From the NCBI RefSeq assembly GCF_009914755.1, contig NC_060932.1: DNA of 64,000 nucleotides, one strand, 5' to 3'. Positions 61,820 to 64,000 of the stretch are shown one piece after another. The notes beneath the pieces are model-generated. The model saw nothing but the letters and a program-made list of their open reading frames with translations. It had not been told where the DNA came from and did no database searches. The position numbers were made by a program, and so were the translations under genes. Origin of the DNA: the human T2T-CHM13v2.0 reference genome, Homo sapiens. Every line of letters starts with the position of its first letter. Positions within the stretch are counted from its first letter, which is position 1.

Positions 61820-62075
61820 TCCAAAGTCAGTATAGTAAGTTCCAGAGCTCTATTGTCTCACAGGGTGACTACCATTAAGAAAAACATTGTATTCTTGAAA
61901 ATTGCTGAGAGTAGTTGTAAATGTTCTCGCTTCAAATGCTAAGTATATGAGGTAATGTATATGTTAATTTGCTCAATTTTCCATTCCACAATGTACACAT
62001 ATTTCAAAACCACTTGCTGTACACAATATATACAATTTTTATTTGTCTAAATAAATAAAATGTCTTAGAAAAAAT
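61820..62075 (+). mobile_element. L1MA-like 3' end
   Basis: 'cagggtgactacc...ttgtattcttgaaaattgctgagagtag...gaggtaatgtatatgttaatttgctc'. Confidence 0.75.
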
Positions 62076-62158
62076 AATGACTGCAGTTTATGAAACCATA
62101 CTGAACATAGCCGAGCCATGAGTTCATGATGACTCCAGAAGGAAGTTACAAAAACCTG

Positions 62159-62888
62159 GTATATTCATCCATTCGTGCAGAGCTAAAATAATTACCTGAG
62201 GCTGGCATGGTGGCTCACGCCTGTAATCCTAGCACTTTGGGAGGCCAGGGCAGGCAGATTGCCTGAGCTCAGGAGTTCAAGACCAGCCTGGGCAACATGG
62301 TAAAACCCTGTCTCTACTAAAACATACAAAAAAAAAAAAAAAAGCCAGCCATGGTGACGGGCGGCTGTAGTCCCAGCAACTCAGGAGGCTGAGGCACGAG
62401 AATCACTTGAACACAGGAGGCAGAGGTTGCAGGGAGCTGAGATCGTGCCACTGCACCCCACAGCCTGGGCAACAAAGTGAAACTGTCTAAAAACACAAAA
62501 ACAAAAAACAAAACAAAAAAAAACCCCACGAGACTGGGTAATTTATAAAGAAAGGAAGTTTAATTGACTCACATTTCCACAGACTGTACAGGAAGCAGGG
62601 CCAGGGAGGCCTCAGGAAACTGACAATCATGGCAGAAGGTGAAGGGGAAGCGGGCACAGCTTGTGGCCAGAGGGAGGAAGAGAGAGGAGGAGGAGGAGAG
62701 AGCGAAGCGGAAGGTGCCACGCACTTTCAAACAACCAGCTCTGGAGAGCACTCGCTCGCTATCACGAGAACAGCAAGGAGGAGCTCTGCCTCCATGATCC
62801 AATCACCTCCCACCAGGCTCCTTCACCAACGTTGGGGATTACAATTCAACAGGAGATCTGGGCAGGGACACAAACCCAAACTATGTCA
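62159..62888. mobile_element. MSTA-like MaLR LTR interrupted by an Alu (62200-62525, +)
   Basis: 'gagactgggtaatttataaag...ggaggcctcaggaaactgacaatcatggcagaaggtgaagggg...atgatccaatcacctcccaccagg...caaactatgtca'. Confidence 0.85.
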
Positions 62889-63267
62889 CCTGGGCACGGG
62901 GCAGCAGCTTGGATCTCCCAGGAGTGGACCCTGAGACAGGAAGGCCCGTGCTGGAGGTGGGTCAGGGAGTGCAGGAAGGGGTGGGAAGGACTGGGCGGCG
63001 GAGACACTGAGCCTCAAGGTCAGGCTTGGAAGACCTCACAGGGACTCTGCAGGGGTGGGGAGTACCCTTCCAGGTGGCTCTGAGCTGGGATGATGGGACA
63101 GGCCTTCTCGGCCACTGGGATCGGTCAGACATTGCCCATCTGTTGATCGAAACGTATCAGGAGCAGCGTTACCACCGGTACCTGCTGGCCCAGCCCAGCT
63201 CACTCCAACAGAGACAACCAGACCTTATATGCCTCATGACGTGGTGCAACGGGAGGCAGAAAGCACT

Positions 63268-63475
<208 letters not shown>

Positions 63476-63788
63476 AAAGCCCTCCTGTAAAATATTCTCC
63501 CCAGACAATTGAACATGAATCTAATCAAGCCACACAGGAAATACAGAGGCTGGAGAAGCAAGTCCAAGGACAGCAAATTCCTACATGGAAACATCTACAT
63601 GGAGCTGACTGCTCTCCCTAGAGGCCAGCATCACAAAAGAGCAGGCTGGGGTGACTGCCTTAGACAGAGGGAGACTTTAAGAACCCTAAAACCAAAACAA
63701 CCAAATGCACATGGCCTTTGTTAGGAATATCCCATCAAATTATAGAAAGATGCTTTCACACAATCAGGAACACAGAGATGTAGACAGG

Positions 63789-64000
63789 TGTGTTAGTCCG
63801 TTTTCACGCTGCTAATAAAGACACACCCAAGACTGGGTAATCTATACAGGAAAGAGGTTTAATGGACTCACAGTTCCGCATGGCTGGGGAGGCCTCACAA
63901 CCATGGTGGAAGGCAAGGAGGAGCAAGTCACGTCTTACTTAAATGGATGGCGGCAGGCAGAGAGAGAACTTGTTCAGGGGAACTCCCCTTTATAAATCCA
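63789..64000. mobile_element. THE1-like LTR, truncated by the window end
   Basis: 'tgtgttagtccgttttcacgctgctaataaagac...gactcacagttccgcatggctggggaggcctcacaaccatggtggaaggcaaggaggagcaagtcacgtcttac'. Confidence 0.85.

Overview
GC-rich, Alu-dense primate (human-like) genomic DNA. It contains one clear protein-coding gene, LY6H (Ly6/uPAR family, GPI-anchored), on the minus strand at about 28.25-31.0 kb; from established knowledge this places the window in the 8q24.3 Ly6 cluster. I rebuilt the spliced CDS by hand (140 aa, 10-Cys LU domain). A 161-aa form arises from an ATG split across an intron. The rest is intergenic: about 20 Alus, old L1/L2/MIR fragments, MaLR and ERV1 LTRs, MADE1, MER20 and a MER82-like element. 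A deleted class-I provirus (44.9-50.8 kb) has an Arg-tRNA PBS and gag/integrase/env remnants, with a solo LTR plus AluY nested in env. There are many minisatellites, the largest a 2.5-kb, 34-bp GAGGAAGTG-box array upstream of LY6H, and an orphan CpG island at 57 kb. Almost all other ORFs in the track are artefacts of GC richness or repeats. Repeat subfamily names come from recall and are not database-verified. I found no demonstrably new system; the best leads are listed as testable hypotheses.
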